Shown piece after piece: positions 1 to 12,010 of a stretch of DNA of 64,000 nt. A program made the translations under genes and the position numbers. Source of the DNA: Eledone cirrhosa (taxonomy: Eukaryota); NCBI GenBank assembly GCA_964016885.1, contig OZ024742.1:145762001-145826000 (forward strand), given 5' to 3'. The notes under the pieces were generated by a model. It did no database searches. It saw only the letters and a program-made list of their open reading frames with translations, and had not been told where the DNA came from. Position 1 is the first letter of the stretch; the number at the start of each line of letters is the position of its first letter.

Positions 1-1367
1 AGCATAATTTGCTCCATTTTACGAAGTGGTACCATGTCATACTAAATGTCCTGTAATATTTATTGCCATTTACTTCTTTGAGTTTATATTTAATATTCTT
101 CTTTACTGTGTGAATAGTTTCTGTGTATCATTTACTTGATGTTGAAATTAAAGCTTCATATTACAAGTACTATTTATAACAGTCAATATAGCATGTCACA
201 GCTACAGTAATACATCAGACAGTGGAGAATGTCAATAAAATTATTTTCAAATGTTATTTTGCTTTATTTATCATGGACTAAATATATGATGCCCTTCAAA
301 TCTTTAACATTGAAAGAATAAAATAGATTATAATGTGAAGAAAGGAAGGATGCATGGATTTTCTTCTATAACCATTATTTAATTTACATTAAGGAGTCAG
401 AACCACATGATATTTAACAATAACAATGCAGCACTGAAATGAACATAACAATTAGTCCAATTTTTCTGTTCTCACAGTTTAGAAATGAAAATTAAATATG
501 AAGTTCAACAGTTCAGAATCTAAACCAGCTACAAGTCAATAATAACTTCAAAATGTCAGCAAATGAATAATGTCTTTAAAGGAATTAGAGAAAGTAAGAA
601 ATGTGTATGAATGTGATGTGCATGTAAGCTTGAGTGTGTGTGTTTGTTAACTCTCAGAGAGAGAGTTGACATCTTGGGCCATGCTATATTATGGATAGTA
701 AAAAAAAAAGGAAAGAAAAAAAATAGGTCATTTATATGAAAAAGGGATCAGATGTTGGAAAATGTTCTGGCACCTTTAAAAAAATTGTCTTTAAACCAAA
801 ACCTACAAGGAAGGCAGCAGCAAATATTTTTGATCTGTGCTGACAAGACAATAGTTAGTTGTGATTGACTAGTAAAATACAGACAAGACATGCTTCAATT
901 TAATATGAAAGTTGTTAACCAGACAACCCAGTTCTAAATTGAAAGACATCGAGTTCAACCCTCCATCTGCTACGAATCAATAACTATTATATCAAAACAT
1001 TTAAATTAACATTTTGTGTTTAGAACTTGTTGGTTCTTCATACTTTCAAACTTGATTGAATCATCCCAAGACTTCATTACTTTATAATCTCAAGGCACCA
1101 AACCCCTAGGTCCCAATACAAAATAATTCCCAAACCCCCAATACTAAGTAACTTCTAAACCCTAATACTAAATGCAATCAGTGTATTGCTATATATTACT
1201 GTATTATAGAATGTAGAAATAGCAAATCTGTAAAGGTTGCCAAAACCTGGCTTGAAGAGTTACCTGTACTGCGTTTCTGGAAAAGATCTTTAATTTATTT
1301 GTCTAGCAAGAAAATAAAGCACTGTGTAGAAATACATGTTTTCTTTAAGTAGCAAGAGCATTATATA

Positions 1368-2783
1368 TTGTATTCTTCCATGTATTGCATCCATTTGTGT
1401 ATAATGTGCACCCCTTTTTTTACCAGAAAAATTTCCTGAAAAGCCTAGTTTTGATGTATAACATCAAAGAGAAACCAAGAAAAGCTGCCAGAGGACTATG
1501 AAGATAAACTCAGAATTCCCGAATTTCATCATAAAACAACTCAAGATTTTGAACTAAGTCAGATTGGCAATGCAGACCAGATGTCTATTATATTTGACAT
1601 GCTGTACCATCAACTGTAGCCATGACAGGGTCAAAATCAGTAAACATCACAACTGGCAATGAGAAAAACATTCACTGTTATGCTAAGTTGTACTGCAGAT
1701 GGAGGAAAACTACTGCCATATATCATCTTCAAGAGAAAGACTGCCTACAGAAGATTCCCAAAGGGTGACATCATACAGGTGCAAGCCAATGGTTGAATGG
1801 ATGAAGAGTTAACTAAAAACTGGATGAAGACCATATGGGAACGATGACCAGGAGTGCTTTCAAAGAAGTCATTCTCATTCTGGATGCATTTTGATGTCAT
1901 AAGTCCAACACAATGAAGAAATTAATGAAAGACAAAAAGACAACTCTAAGCATCACCAGGAGGGATGACCAGATTACTCCAGCCACTCAACATCAATTAA
2001 CTGTCCTATGAAAACACTACTTCTACAGAAATGGAACAACTGGATGTTAGAAAGAACAGTTATACGCCATCGGGTCTTCATAGAAAAACCAACACTTTTA
2101 CTCATCTGCCAATGGATCCTGGACACATGGACATCACTTGACCCAAGCATCATTGTAAAATCAGTCAAGAAGTGCTGCATTTCAAATGCAATGGATGATG
2201 TTTTTTAAAATATTGATTTGTGCTTCATTTTGTGCTTGATAATATAGGATCTGTACTTGATGTGCTCAGATATGTTATTGTTATTTGTTTTTTATTTCGT
2301 TATCAACTTAGCAATAAAATACATCAGTCTGTCTATTTTTTTTTTCTTTAATCAGTTAATGTATGAATGCTTATTAGGCCAAGGCTGAGGACATAATTTT
2401 AGCATTCTCACAAAAATTTAACACTTCATTGCCCACCCAGATTCACAAATAATAGCGGAATATTTATCATTCAAGGACATAAAAATACAGGCTAAACACA
2501 CACATGGCTTAATACAAACTGTAGAATACACAGACATTTCAGACATAGATGAAACAACAAATATACAGTATCAGTAAAACTTTATTCAAATATTTTATTA
2601 CATAATATTGTATAAGAAAAGGTACTCTGTGTTGGTTGGTTCTTGATACAGTTTCCTGTCTTCTGCTAGCTGTTTTATCAAGGAATAGGTCTGAAAAAAA
2701 AGCTGGAAACATTTAGTTTTGCACCCCCAAAACAAGCAAGGAAAAAAGTTAAAAAATTGCATGGTATACAAGGAAGAATACAG
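1368..2783 (+). mobile_element. Degraded pogo/Tigger-type (Tc1/mariner superfamily) DNA transposon with ~30-bp imperfect TIRs and TA target duplications
   Basis: Left TA|TTGTATTCTTCCATGTATTGCATCCATTT matches the reverse complement of the right end (TA|CTGTATTCTTCCTTGTATACCATGCAATTT). Interior reads as broken DDE_1 transposase: KLPEDYEDKL, ELSQIGNADQMSIIFDM, VMLSCTADGGKLLPYIIFKRK, MDEEL..W, LDAF*CH, LLQPL, KKCCISNAMD. Confidence 0.88.
1480..2208 (+). pseudogene. pogo-like DDE transposase remnant (frameshifts, stops; N-terminal DNA-binding region missing)
   Basis: Motifs listed above are spread across frames; ORF 2008..2208 is its C-terminal piece. Confidence 0.85.
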
Positions 2784-3759
2784 TAATTAATTTCCCATAT
2801 TGGTACCAGGCCTCACATTTGGTTGGGAAGAGTATTACTTGTAATTTATTTATTCTCCAGTGACATCAAAAGAATCTGAGCTTAGCAATATTAGCGAATA
2901 AAAATACATTAATAAATTATTACACCTTGCTCTGCCTCCTAAGCAAGTGAAATCTAACTCCTAACGGTTTGTATTTAGAACCACATAGCTTAAATCAGCA
3001 GGAATTAAGTGTTTTTTCGTTAATTTAACACTAAATATAAGTAACAACATGTCAATCAATCCTTGGACAAGTAGACAACAATCCCAAAGATTAATTATCT
3101 TTAACTCTTACTTAATATGGCATATCTAATTAGAAATTATTTTCCCTTTCAACAATTTTCTTTTCCCTATCATGTATCTCTGCTTAGAGCTGTTTTACAA
3201 CATAGCAACTTTTTTTATTTAGGTTATTAACCTTAACAGATTTTCTTAATTAGAATGGTAAAAGAAGTAATGTCTGGAATTCAAGTTTTTCTTGGCAAAA
3301 CATTCTATTATTACTTATTGGATGATACAACAGCTTTTTTTTTTATTTTAACTTCAGAAAAGCTAGTCTACTTTAGGTTTTATTATTTACAAGTATTGTT
3401 CTCTCTTATGTCAGCAAGAATTGGCATAAACAGATTCATGATGAGCTCAAGTTACCAGTTTCCTCCTCTTAATTTCACAAAACACTTATATAAAGCACAC
3501 TTTAGAAGTTTGAGTCTAGCATTTAATGAGAAATTATGTTGTTTTTAGAAATATCACTTCAAATTTATAAACAAAATGGGATTTTACTTTTACTTTCTGT
3601 TCATTATTTGCAAGTAGTTAGAACTGTAGAATTAAAAGATACATTACAAATGAAACAAGTCTGCAGGAATATCTCAATCTTTCTTCTTCTTTGCCCACTT
3701 ATTACTACAAGGGTCATGGGGGCAGAGTCCTCAGATATGCCTCCCAGTGGGTTCTAACA

Positions 3760-5870
3760 GAAGCAACCATCTAAAGTTGATGCAGCTGGATCCCCAAGTG
3801 AGATCAACCAAACTCATGGATGTTATCCAGGTTTCCTACTAATTGGCTTTGTCCATAAAATCTGTTTAGTGGTTATTTCCTTAGAGCTTCTAATTACATG
3901 ATTGTAGTATGGGAGCTGTGATCTTGCAATTTGGAAAAGCAGCAGCTCTAGCTGGAGCAACTCCCTGATCTCCAAGCTACACACCCTAGCGAGTGACATT
4001 ACTCCAAAGACCCTTTGGAAGAACCCCATTTTGGCCGCTTGTATTCATGATCGTATATTTTCAGTCATTGCCCAAGATTCATAATCATAGGTAAGGGCAA
4101 CCACAAACAGTGAATTGAAGATAGTGAGTTTGGCGTTTACACCTACCTTCCATCTGATGACTGTGAAGTGAAAGTATACACACTTGGTGGAGTCTGATAC
4201 CCACATTGAATGGTTTCAATTTAGCATAATTTATTCAAACATAAATACCAAAGCCTTCATATAGTGATTTCAAGGCAGCAAGAAGCTATACACTGATACT
4301 CTTCCAGCACCTTCCACAAGTCCTGAGGAATGCAAGCATATAGACTTTCCCAAGGAAGCTTAGGAAAGATATTCCTCTATAATTAGAGCAATGTCTCTTG
4401 TCTTGTTTTCTGAAAATTGGGATTATCACTCCCAATTGCCATTGCTTAAGGGCCTTTCCAAAGATCCAGGCCACGTGGCACATGCGTCATCCAGAGCATA
4501 CCATCACTATTTAAGGCTTTTAACATCTTATGTCAAATTTCATCCTTACCAGAGGCCATACCACATTCAAGTGTTTTAATTGGTCTGGTGACCTCAGCCT
4601 CTGAAAGGTTAGTTCCAGCCCTAGATGCAGCTTACATGCATTGGAAGAAGCTGGAACTGGATTTAGGAGACCAGTCAAGTATTCTCTCCACCTCACAAGG
4701 ATGCACCTCTGTTCAGAGAGAACCCCAGATAAGTTCCTGTTAGTAGGCATAGAGGGGGACTTATTATTATGATATTGGCAGATGGTCTGCCAGAATAATT
4801 TATTTGCTGATCTAAAGTCTAGCTCAACCCTAAAGTCATACCATGTCTTAACCTTGGATACTTTTACTGTCTCTGCAGCAATTTTTTGTGCCTGCTTATA
4901 CCACAAGTGCAAGAAGGAAAACTTATTTCCAAGTCAAGCTTTATAAGCCTCCAGCTTTGCTGGCATCTTTATTTAACCAGGGGTTCCTCCTACCAGCTGA
5001 CACCACACTGAGCCACTTTTGAGCCACAGAAACTGCCAAGCTGAACAGTCTATTTCAATGTTCTCAGCTTTTTTAGGGAGTTCTCTGAAATTGGATGCAA
5101 TAGTATCTGCATACTTGGGTCTGACCTCCTCTTCAGCCAGCACTTCCAAATTTATCACCTAGGCCAATTTGTACCTGCCAGTTTTGGGGTTTTTTTTTAC
5201 TTTAGGTAGTCTATGATTGCATATAACTAGATGGTGATCAGTTGACAGCTCGTCCCCTTAACAAAAACATCCAGCACAGAATCGAAGAGATCAGAGACAA
5301 TAAAAAAATCCCTTAGTGACCTTTGTCCTCAATTTCCCTTATACCATGTATATGCATGGATGTCATTGTGTTGGAAGGTGTTCATAATAGGAAACCCATT
5401 ACTAGAAATGAAGTCTAATTAGACCTTTTTGTTCATGTTTAGATCAGGATCAGCATTCCTTCCAATCACTCCTTTCCATATCAGGTGATCAGTGCCATTA
5501 GGAAATGCCCCAGTCTTAACTACATTTAAAGCTGCGGTGACTTCACCAAAGAAGGATTGGTATATGGACTCTTTCTTTCAAATTAAGCTTCAAGAAACAA
5601 ATCCTCCTTCCCAATGGGACATGTCCATTACACATTCTGACAGTCAGGGACTTGTGAGTATCCCCACTCTCACCTCTGCAGTCTTTTCAAGCACTACACC
5701 TGAATAGTGGAATTTCCCACCTCCATCTAAATCTATGGTACCAGAGCCACAGAACTTTGTTGAGGACACCTCAACTATATCTAGCTAGTAGCATCTGACC
5801 TCCTCCACCAGTTTCTGTTCCTTACTTGTAAGGGTTGTAATGTTCCAGTTATTAATTGTGCATCCATTGT
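3760..5870 (-). mobile_element. Degraded RTE-clade LINE (Expander/Rex3-like), endonuclease to RT C-terminus, RT core largely deleted
   Basis: Minus-strand peptides: NWNITTLTSKEQKLVEEVRCY (APE N-terminus), ILVRWREYLTGLLNP, WQLGVIIPIFRKQDKRHCSNYRGISFLSFLGKVY, LTYDYESWAMTENIRS*IQAAKMGFFQRV, IARSQL..YNHVIR. Confidence 0.85.
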
Positions 5871-6289
5871 ACGTCTCCAAGGACAGGTTACAGGCACCAT
5901 CACAAGTTTTTACAATAGATGGAGACTGCAATATATTTTTCGAACAGGCTCTTCTATGTAAGACGTGAACACATCTCAGCTCTTGGCAGAACTGTTCTGT
6001 TAGAGAATGTGTCACAAGTGTCAGATAGTGATACATCCACCAGATGTGGACTCCTGCAAGACAGATAAGCAACCAAACATCAGTAAGTTACTAGCAGAGG
6101 TGGAGCTAGCTCTCAAGAAATCTTTCAGAGTGCAGCCTAGTGGAAAACATGTATTTATAAATATAAATAAAAAGTTTCAATTAGCTATCAGTGTGTCAAT
6201 TACTACATTTAAGTAGCTGACAAGTTCATGTATTCTACATTGATTACTGGATTATCTTAGTTCTTTGATCTTGTCAAGGACTTGACAAA

Positions 6290-6565
6290 CGTTCTAGCAT
6301 TGGGTCTACAATAAAATGCACCCAATGCACTTTGTAAAGTGGTAGTGCTAGTGCCATGATAATTTGCACTCATTCCACTCTGCAAATATCGGTGCCACAA
6401 TAAAATGCAATCATTACTTACTCGATGAGCGTTCAGAAATTTACTCAGCTGTTAAAACTATGCCAAAATATACAATGTATGAGCAACACTTGGTTCTCTG
6501 ACCATGTCCTGGACTGTGACAGCCCATATCAGCATGTAAAATGGATGTAAAAGGATAATGGTGAC
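6290..6565 (+). mobile_element. Degraded RTE-tail SINE/LINE 3' fragment
   Basis: AAAATGCACCCAATGCACTTTGTAAAGTGG...CAGCATGTAAAATGGATGTAAAAGGATAATG resembles better copies at 42795-43075 and 30350-30600. Confidence 0.5.
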
Positions 6566-7142
6566 AGATTAGATTGTCTAAATAAGCCAATTTTACTCCA
6601 TTCTAAAAGTAAGGTTTAGAACAAACCACACTATTGTTTTGTTGTTAGCTTCGCTGTTTGCTTAACTTGCTAGAAATAGGAGCCAAATTTCATTCATATC
6701 AAATCCCACTTTTTTAAAAGATGTGAAGGGTCTACTGAATAATGTAATCCTATATATACTGGATAAAAAATAGGTTGGTCATGGTTGGAATACTTTTGAT
6801 CATGATGAGGGGTAAAACAATTGTCATCTCCAGGAATAACATGGATAGGGTGTGAGTTTATAACCCTGTGCTGTGCTCCTAAGTCCCCAAACCACCTTTG
6901 AATAAGAACAAAAACAGAATGACAGAGAAACACCAAATTAAATGGTATTTTCCAAATTAGTAAAGAAATATTGTAATATGCAGACTTTGATCCAATGAAG
7001 GAGCCTCAACATAGTAACTTGAACTGGTAGAAATAGCAGCCAATTCCAACATTACCATCTTTATAAAAAAAAAAAAAAAGAAAGAATGCCATATTGAAAA
7101 AGTAATCCAAGGTAGACTATGGCAGAAAAAATGGGATGATGA

Positions 7143-7350
7143 TGATCATCATCACCGTTTTACGTCCGTTCTTCCACGCTAGCATGGGTTAGATCGGTTG
7201 TCCTGTTGTGAGCAATGTCCAGCCAGCTGACCTTGTCTTGCTCATACAGGAACTGATTCTCGCTTGATTTCTACAGTCGGATGCCCTTCCTAACACCAAC
7301 CTCATTTACAGTGAGTGCTGGGTGCGTTCTTGTCGTGGCACCTCCACGAC
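7143..7350 (-). mobile_element. RTE-type SINE/LINE 3' end with (TGA)n tail
   Basis: CATCATCACCGTTTTACGTCCGTTCTTCCACGCTAGCATGGGTT...GGATGCCCTTCCTAACACCAACC; same 3' end as the RTE insertion at 47131-47768. Confidence 0.75.
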
Positions 7351-8099
7351 CATGATGATATTGGTTAAAATTCAGGACTGAGCAGAAGTTACACCTGTTA
7401 AGCATTATATTTGAGTTAATCTTCGTTGACTTCTTAGGACTAACAACACTGGTAAATTATCAGTTATATTGGGTTTCTAACACTCTTTTAAGCATCTCAG
7501 TGATGACACCCCATCTTCATGCCCTTCCTAGCATACTGTCAATTTAGATGGTTGATCCTCTGATGGGTGTATGTGGGGTAACCCTTTTCTCTCCCATACA
7601 GTCTACCTCATTCAACTGCTTGTAATAGGGCTTTCATCTCAATGTTAGGGCAAGCATGCTGATATTTGATACCCACTTCTCTCCAGCAATGTTTTGATTC
7701 TCTCTAGAACACCTCATGCCACAGAACATTGACAAAGCTCTTCATTTCTGTCACTCCCATAAATAAATAAAGCTGCTGTTTAGCTACTTAGTCTTGTTCT
7801 CTTTTTTCAATGCCTGTCACTTAACATTTACGACTATCAACAGCAGGCATGTCAAACATGCGGCCCTTTACAAGCACACCTGCAGCCAGCACAAGCATGT
7901 TTCATATTCGTAATATAAAATAAAAAAATTAGTTGTCATGCGTGGCCCTCGAAGGACCCTCAGTTTGACATGCCTGATCTACACTACTATTCCACCACAT
8001 CAACTTTCATTTGGCTGGTACCTTATTCCAGCCACAGATCTAATGTTACCCCTAGCAAGTTGTTGCTTTGGAATAATGTGTTACATGTCTGTATTTCCT

Positions 8100-8690
8100 G
8101 CCTCTTGTCAAATGCTTCAACTTATACTTCTCTGAAGCTATGATTCATTACTTTCACACCTTCCATCTCCAAGCTATCTTGTCTCTCTCTAGCTCTTACT
8201 CTGAAGTCACTAATCACTAGCTTTTGGCAGTACATTCACAACTATCAGTTTACCCTGTTTCTTAATGAGAATAAGGTATATCTGACTTATGTTTGCCTGA
8301 CTGGTAGGTGATTAGGTGGCTAACCAATTTCATGAAGTTTGTGTTGCAAATTGTTGGGTCATTTGTATCATTCCCCAGTGATGAAAATTAAGTTAATGTC
8401 ATTTGTTATCAAGATAGTTTGCATAAGGGTCTCCTAAAACTGGTCCTTCTGTTCATCAGCTAGCCTAGAATGTGGTGCATATGCAGAGATGCTACCATCA
8501 AATGTCCATGATTAGTCTAAACTTAATTATTTATCACATACTGCAACTATCATAATTATTTTATCTACCCATATTCCTACTAATAGTATGCATGCACTAT
8601 CCACAATGAGTCTGGTTGAGGCTCTACACCACCATACTTCTTGTATGCAGTGCACATCTACACTCTAGCATCTCTTCAGAACTATCTTTC
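8100..8690 (-). mobile_element. RTE LINE endonuclease-region fragment
   Basis: Minus-strand ICNTNFMKLVSHLITYQSGKHKSDIPY resembles the RTE APE motif ICNT.F.K...HLITY.SG...SQIDY. Confidence 0.6.
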
Positions 8691-9221
8691 ATATCCTAAA
8701 TTTTGAAGTTCATTCTACACATTCAATATATGGTTTATCTGGCATCTTCCAATATTTCAACTCCAAACTATTTAATCCTGCCCTGCTTTTTTGAATTACA
8801 ACATGCAAGGTCTCAACCATCTGTAAATTTTCTTTTAGTCATCTAATTCATCTTTAGCTGTCTCCTAAGAATAATGGCATTTGTAGTTCCAAACTCTTAT
8901 ATAAAATAAAAGAGAATGTTACCTATTTAAATGTTGCGTAATAAGTCTCATTCACAGGTTGGATCTCCCTTTTTTTCTAGTCTCTGTACCATCATTTTGA
9001 TACTCAATAATCTGTACTTTTCATTACCATACATAGTTACTCCTTTAACTTGTCAGCACTAATTAACTCTTAACGTCCTGAACCACATAAAACCGCATTA
9101 ACTCAATGTTCTTGAAAAGTATAAAATAGTAGTATCACTGCATCATATTAAAAACTAAAGTCTTTATTTTATTGCAAATTTCCAAAAGGGATTTGTTCAC
9201 TAATATTATAATTTTTTTATA

Positions 9222-9487
9222 ATGTTGAACTTACGATCATAATGTCGGGGGTTCGATTCCTGGGCTGGGTTGCGTGTTGTGTTGTGTTCTTGAGCAAAAC
9301 ACTTCATTTCACATTGCTCCAGTATACTCAGTTGAAAATGAGTACCAGCAATAGCTGGGGGTAAACCCTGCGATGGACTGGCGTCCAGTCCAGAGGAGAA
9401 TCCTGTACTCTCAGTAGTTTCCCACCATGAAACTAGGATAAGCACCAACCTAACAAGCTTTCTGGCTTACAGACTTTGGACTGGACT
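9222..9487 (+). mobile_element. tRNA-derived SINE with CORE-like and V-domain-like segments
   Basis: B-box GGTTCGATTCC, GTGTTCTTGAGCAAAACACTT, AAAATGAGTACCAG, CCCTGCGATGGACTGGCGTCCAGTCCAG, short GGACT repeat tail. Confidence 0.75.
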
Positions 9488-11307
9488 GGGAAATATACTA
9501 TAAACAATTGAATTAATAAACCTATTTTTAGATATATTCCGTGAAATTATTACAGGGTGTTAAGAATTACCTGTGTTTATACTTGCAATAAAATGTTCCC
9601 AGGAAAGGGTTAACATTTAATGTTGCCATTGTACTATGAAACTTGCTCTTCTCTTTAGAGATCTCTCCAAATGAACTTGAAAACAAAACACAATGTTTAA
9701 CAAAAAATATACTTTATTATTTTTATAATATACAGATAAAATAGCAATTAAATTTGAAAATTCACGAATTTCAAAATACTTAATACATTAACTCACCTTT
9801 TAAGAAATCAGCTACGACAGTCCCTACTCTTAATATCAAGTAGTAACCGTCAAATATTTGCATAGTATTGTTTGCTAAATATATTATGGAAGTAGACTAT
9901 TCACATTTTCAGGGTGTATTAATGAAGATTGGTAATATCTTCAACTTTATATTTCAATCATTTTAATTGATAATATAAATTTCCTACAATAAAACCGATA
10001 TAGATTCCTAAAATAAAATTGATAATTCTAAAATAAATGTGAACAATAGAAAAAGTAGTGATAACTATGCTTGTAGAAAACATGAAATAAGGCAATAATA
10101 ATACTACTAATAACAATAGACATAACAGGAGAGAAAAAAAATAGAAAGTTTTAAATGGATTGAACAAAAAAGTAACTCAGAGAAATAACAATGAACTGTC
10201 ATTAAAACCAAAAATGATAAAGAATTTGCCCTAGATTTCTCGCAGATACAGAAAATTTTTTTTAAAATTAAAATGAGGTGTTCTATCTTGCCAACTAACA
10301 AAGAACATATATTAATATTTTATGACTATATGTAAATGGTGCCATGAAATGGTTACATCTTATTTGTCATATATGCAAAGTTAAAAACATAATGGTATCT
10401 GTAAATGAAGGATGTCGGAGGCTAAAATAATTAAAATTGTTAATTAAACAATATCTGTTATTCACTACCACAATCATAGATTTGAAACGAAAGATACTTT
10501 TTGAATATTGCAACCACAATAAAATAGATTCATTGTAAAAAAAAAAAAAATAACTGGTATTGTTACATCTTAATGATAGAAATGTAAATTTTCCAAGCAG
10601 AAAATATCAGGGTGAAACAGTGCATTAATTTACAAAACAACAGCAATTGAGCAAAGAAAAGCAACAATAAAAAAAAATAACCATCTCCAACTCTTCACTA
10701 CCATATTTCTAATGATTAATTATTGAAGAATTTGGAGGGTTTTACTAAAATTAAGATAGCATTTGTAATAAAAGTAAAATTGTATAGGAAGGTTTTAACT
10801 TAAACTAGAAACTTTTTAAAATGGTTAGTTTTGTTTCATAGAACCAGAGTCAGTTTTGGGCAGATAGGTATGAAGAAGGTCATCATGCTCAAAGTTAGAT
10901 GATGTGTGAAGGAGAGAGAGGGGATGAGTGAGAAAATAACAGCAAGACAGTTAACTATCTAAATCATTTTAGTAATTAAGACATTTCCAGATAATATCAT
11001 GAGTTAATTACATAAAATAATTTATAAGGGGTGGATGATTTTTAATAGACCCGTATGTATCCAGTTTAGAATAGGTACACATGATTCCTGCATGTTGTAA
11101 AAAATATGTAAAAGTGTTGGTGTCAATAAGGGCTGTAAAACATTGCCTCAAAAAGTCCTGTCCAACCCAACATGGAAAAGTCATTGTAAAAATGATGATT
11201 ATCAGTTAAACTGCAGATAACCAAGTTAGTATGGTATCAATTTTTGGATTAAAATTCAGGTTGTTATAGAACTCTCATTGTTCTGGCAAACTTGACTATA
11301 AATTTTG

Positions 11308-11470
11308 TACTCAGTGTAACTAATATACAGTTAAGCTGACTGTATATGTTAGGTATTCTGAATAGCTAATATATATATACAGTTAAACTGACTGTATATA
11401 TTTGCTACTCAGAGTAGTTAATATATAGTAAACCTGGCTGTATGTTAGGTATTCTGAGGAGCTACAGTTC
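11308..11470. repeat. Degenerate ~45-bp tandem repeat (~4 units) with internal palindromes
   Basis: Recurring ATATACAGTTAA(G/A)CTGACTGTATAT and GTTAGGTATTCTGA. Confidence 0.6.
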
Positions 11471-11544
11471 ATATTGTGGGACAAATATTTTGGTTTGCTT
11501 GCAGTAAATGTCAAGCTCTAAATTTCTCAGGTTGACATACCCTA

Positions 11545-12010
11545 TCACCATCATCATACCATGCCTGTTTTCCATGATTGCATGGGTTGGACATGTCTTC
11601 TCTCCACTTGTTGCATTCCTTTGACATCCATGTAAGGTTCAACATTTTCAGATCAGCTCTCATTATGACTGCCCAGGTTCAAATCCCGCCGAGGTTAACT
11701 TTGCCTTTCATCCTTACGGGGTCGATAAAATAAAGCACCAGTATTACACTGGGATAATTGCTGGCCTTGTGCCAAAAGTAGAAACAATTATGACTGCCCA
11801 GGTTTACTCTGGTCTTCCTCTTTTCAAGCTTCCTTCTACTGATTCTCTCCTAACACTTCTTCACCCAATAATCATCTATATACATCAGACATCCATACCA
11901 ATGCAATCTTCATGCATGTTACATCTAATACCTCTTATACCATTTTTCTCAGTTCTTCCACAATTCATTGTTGACATTATTACACATCCATCAGAGCATG
12001 ATCAATTTGT
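11545..12010 (-). mobile_element. RTE 3' fragment interrupted by a SINE
   Basis: CATCATCAT...TTTTCCATGATTGCATGGGTTGGAC tail; GCCCAGGT...TGGTCTTCCTCT encodes the RGRP..TW motif on the minus strand. Confidence 0.65.
11680..11786 (+). mobile_element. 5'-truncated tRNA-derived SINE (Meta/Sauria-like central domain) with 18-bp TSD
   Basis: CAAATCCCGCCGAGGTTAACTTTGCCTTTCATCCTTACGGGGTCGATAAAATAAAGCACCAG...GAAACA flanked by ATTATGACTGCCCAGGTT (11662-11679 and 11787-11804). Confidence 0.9.

Noticed and set aside
8923-9078. Candidate minus-strand coding exon ending at AG|GTAAC
   Set aside because: The frames I read hit stops before the donor and acceptors are weak.
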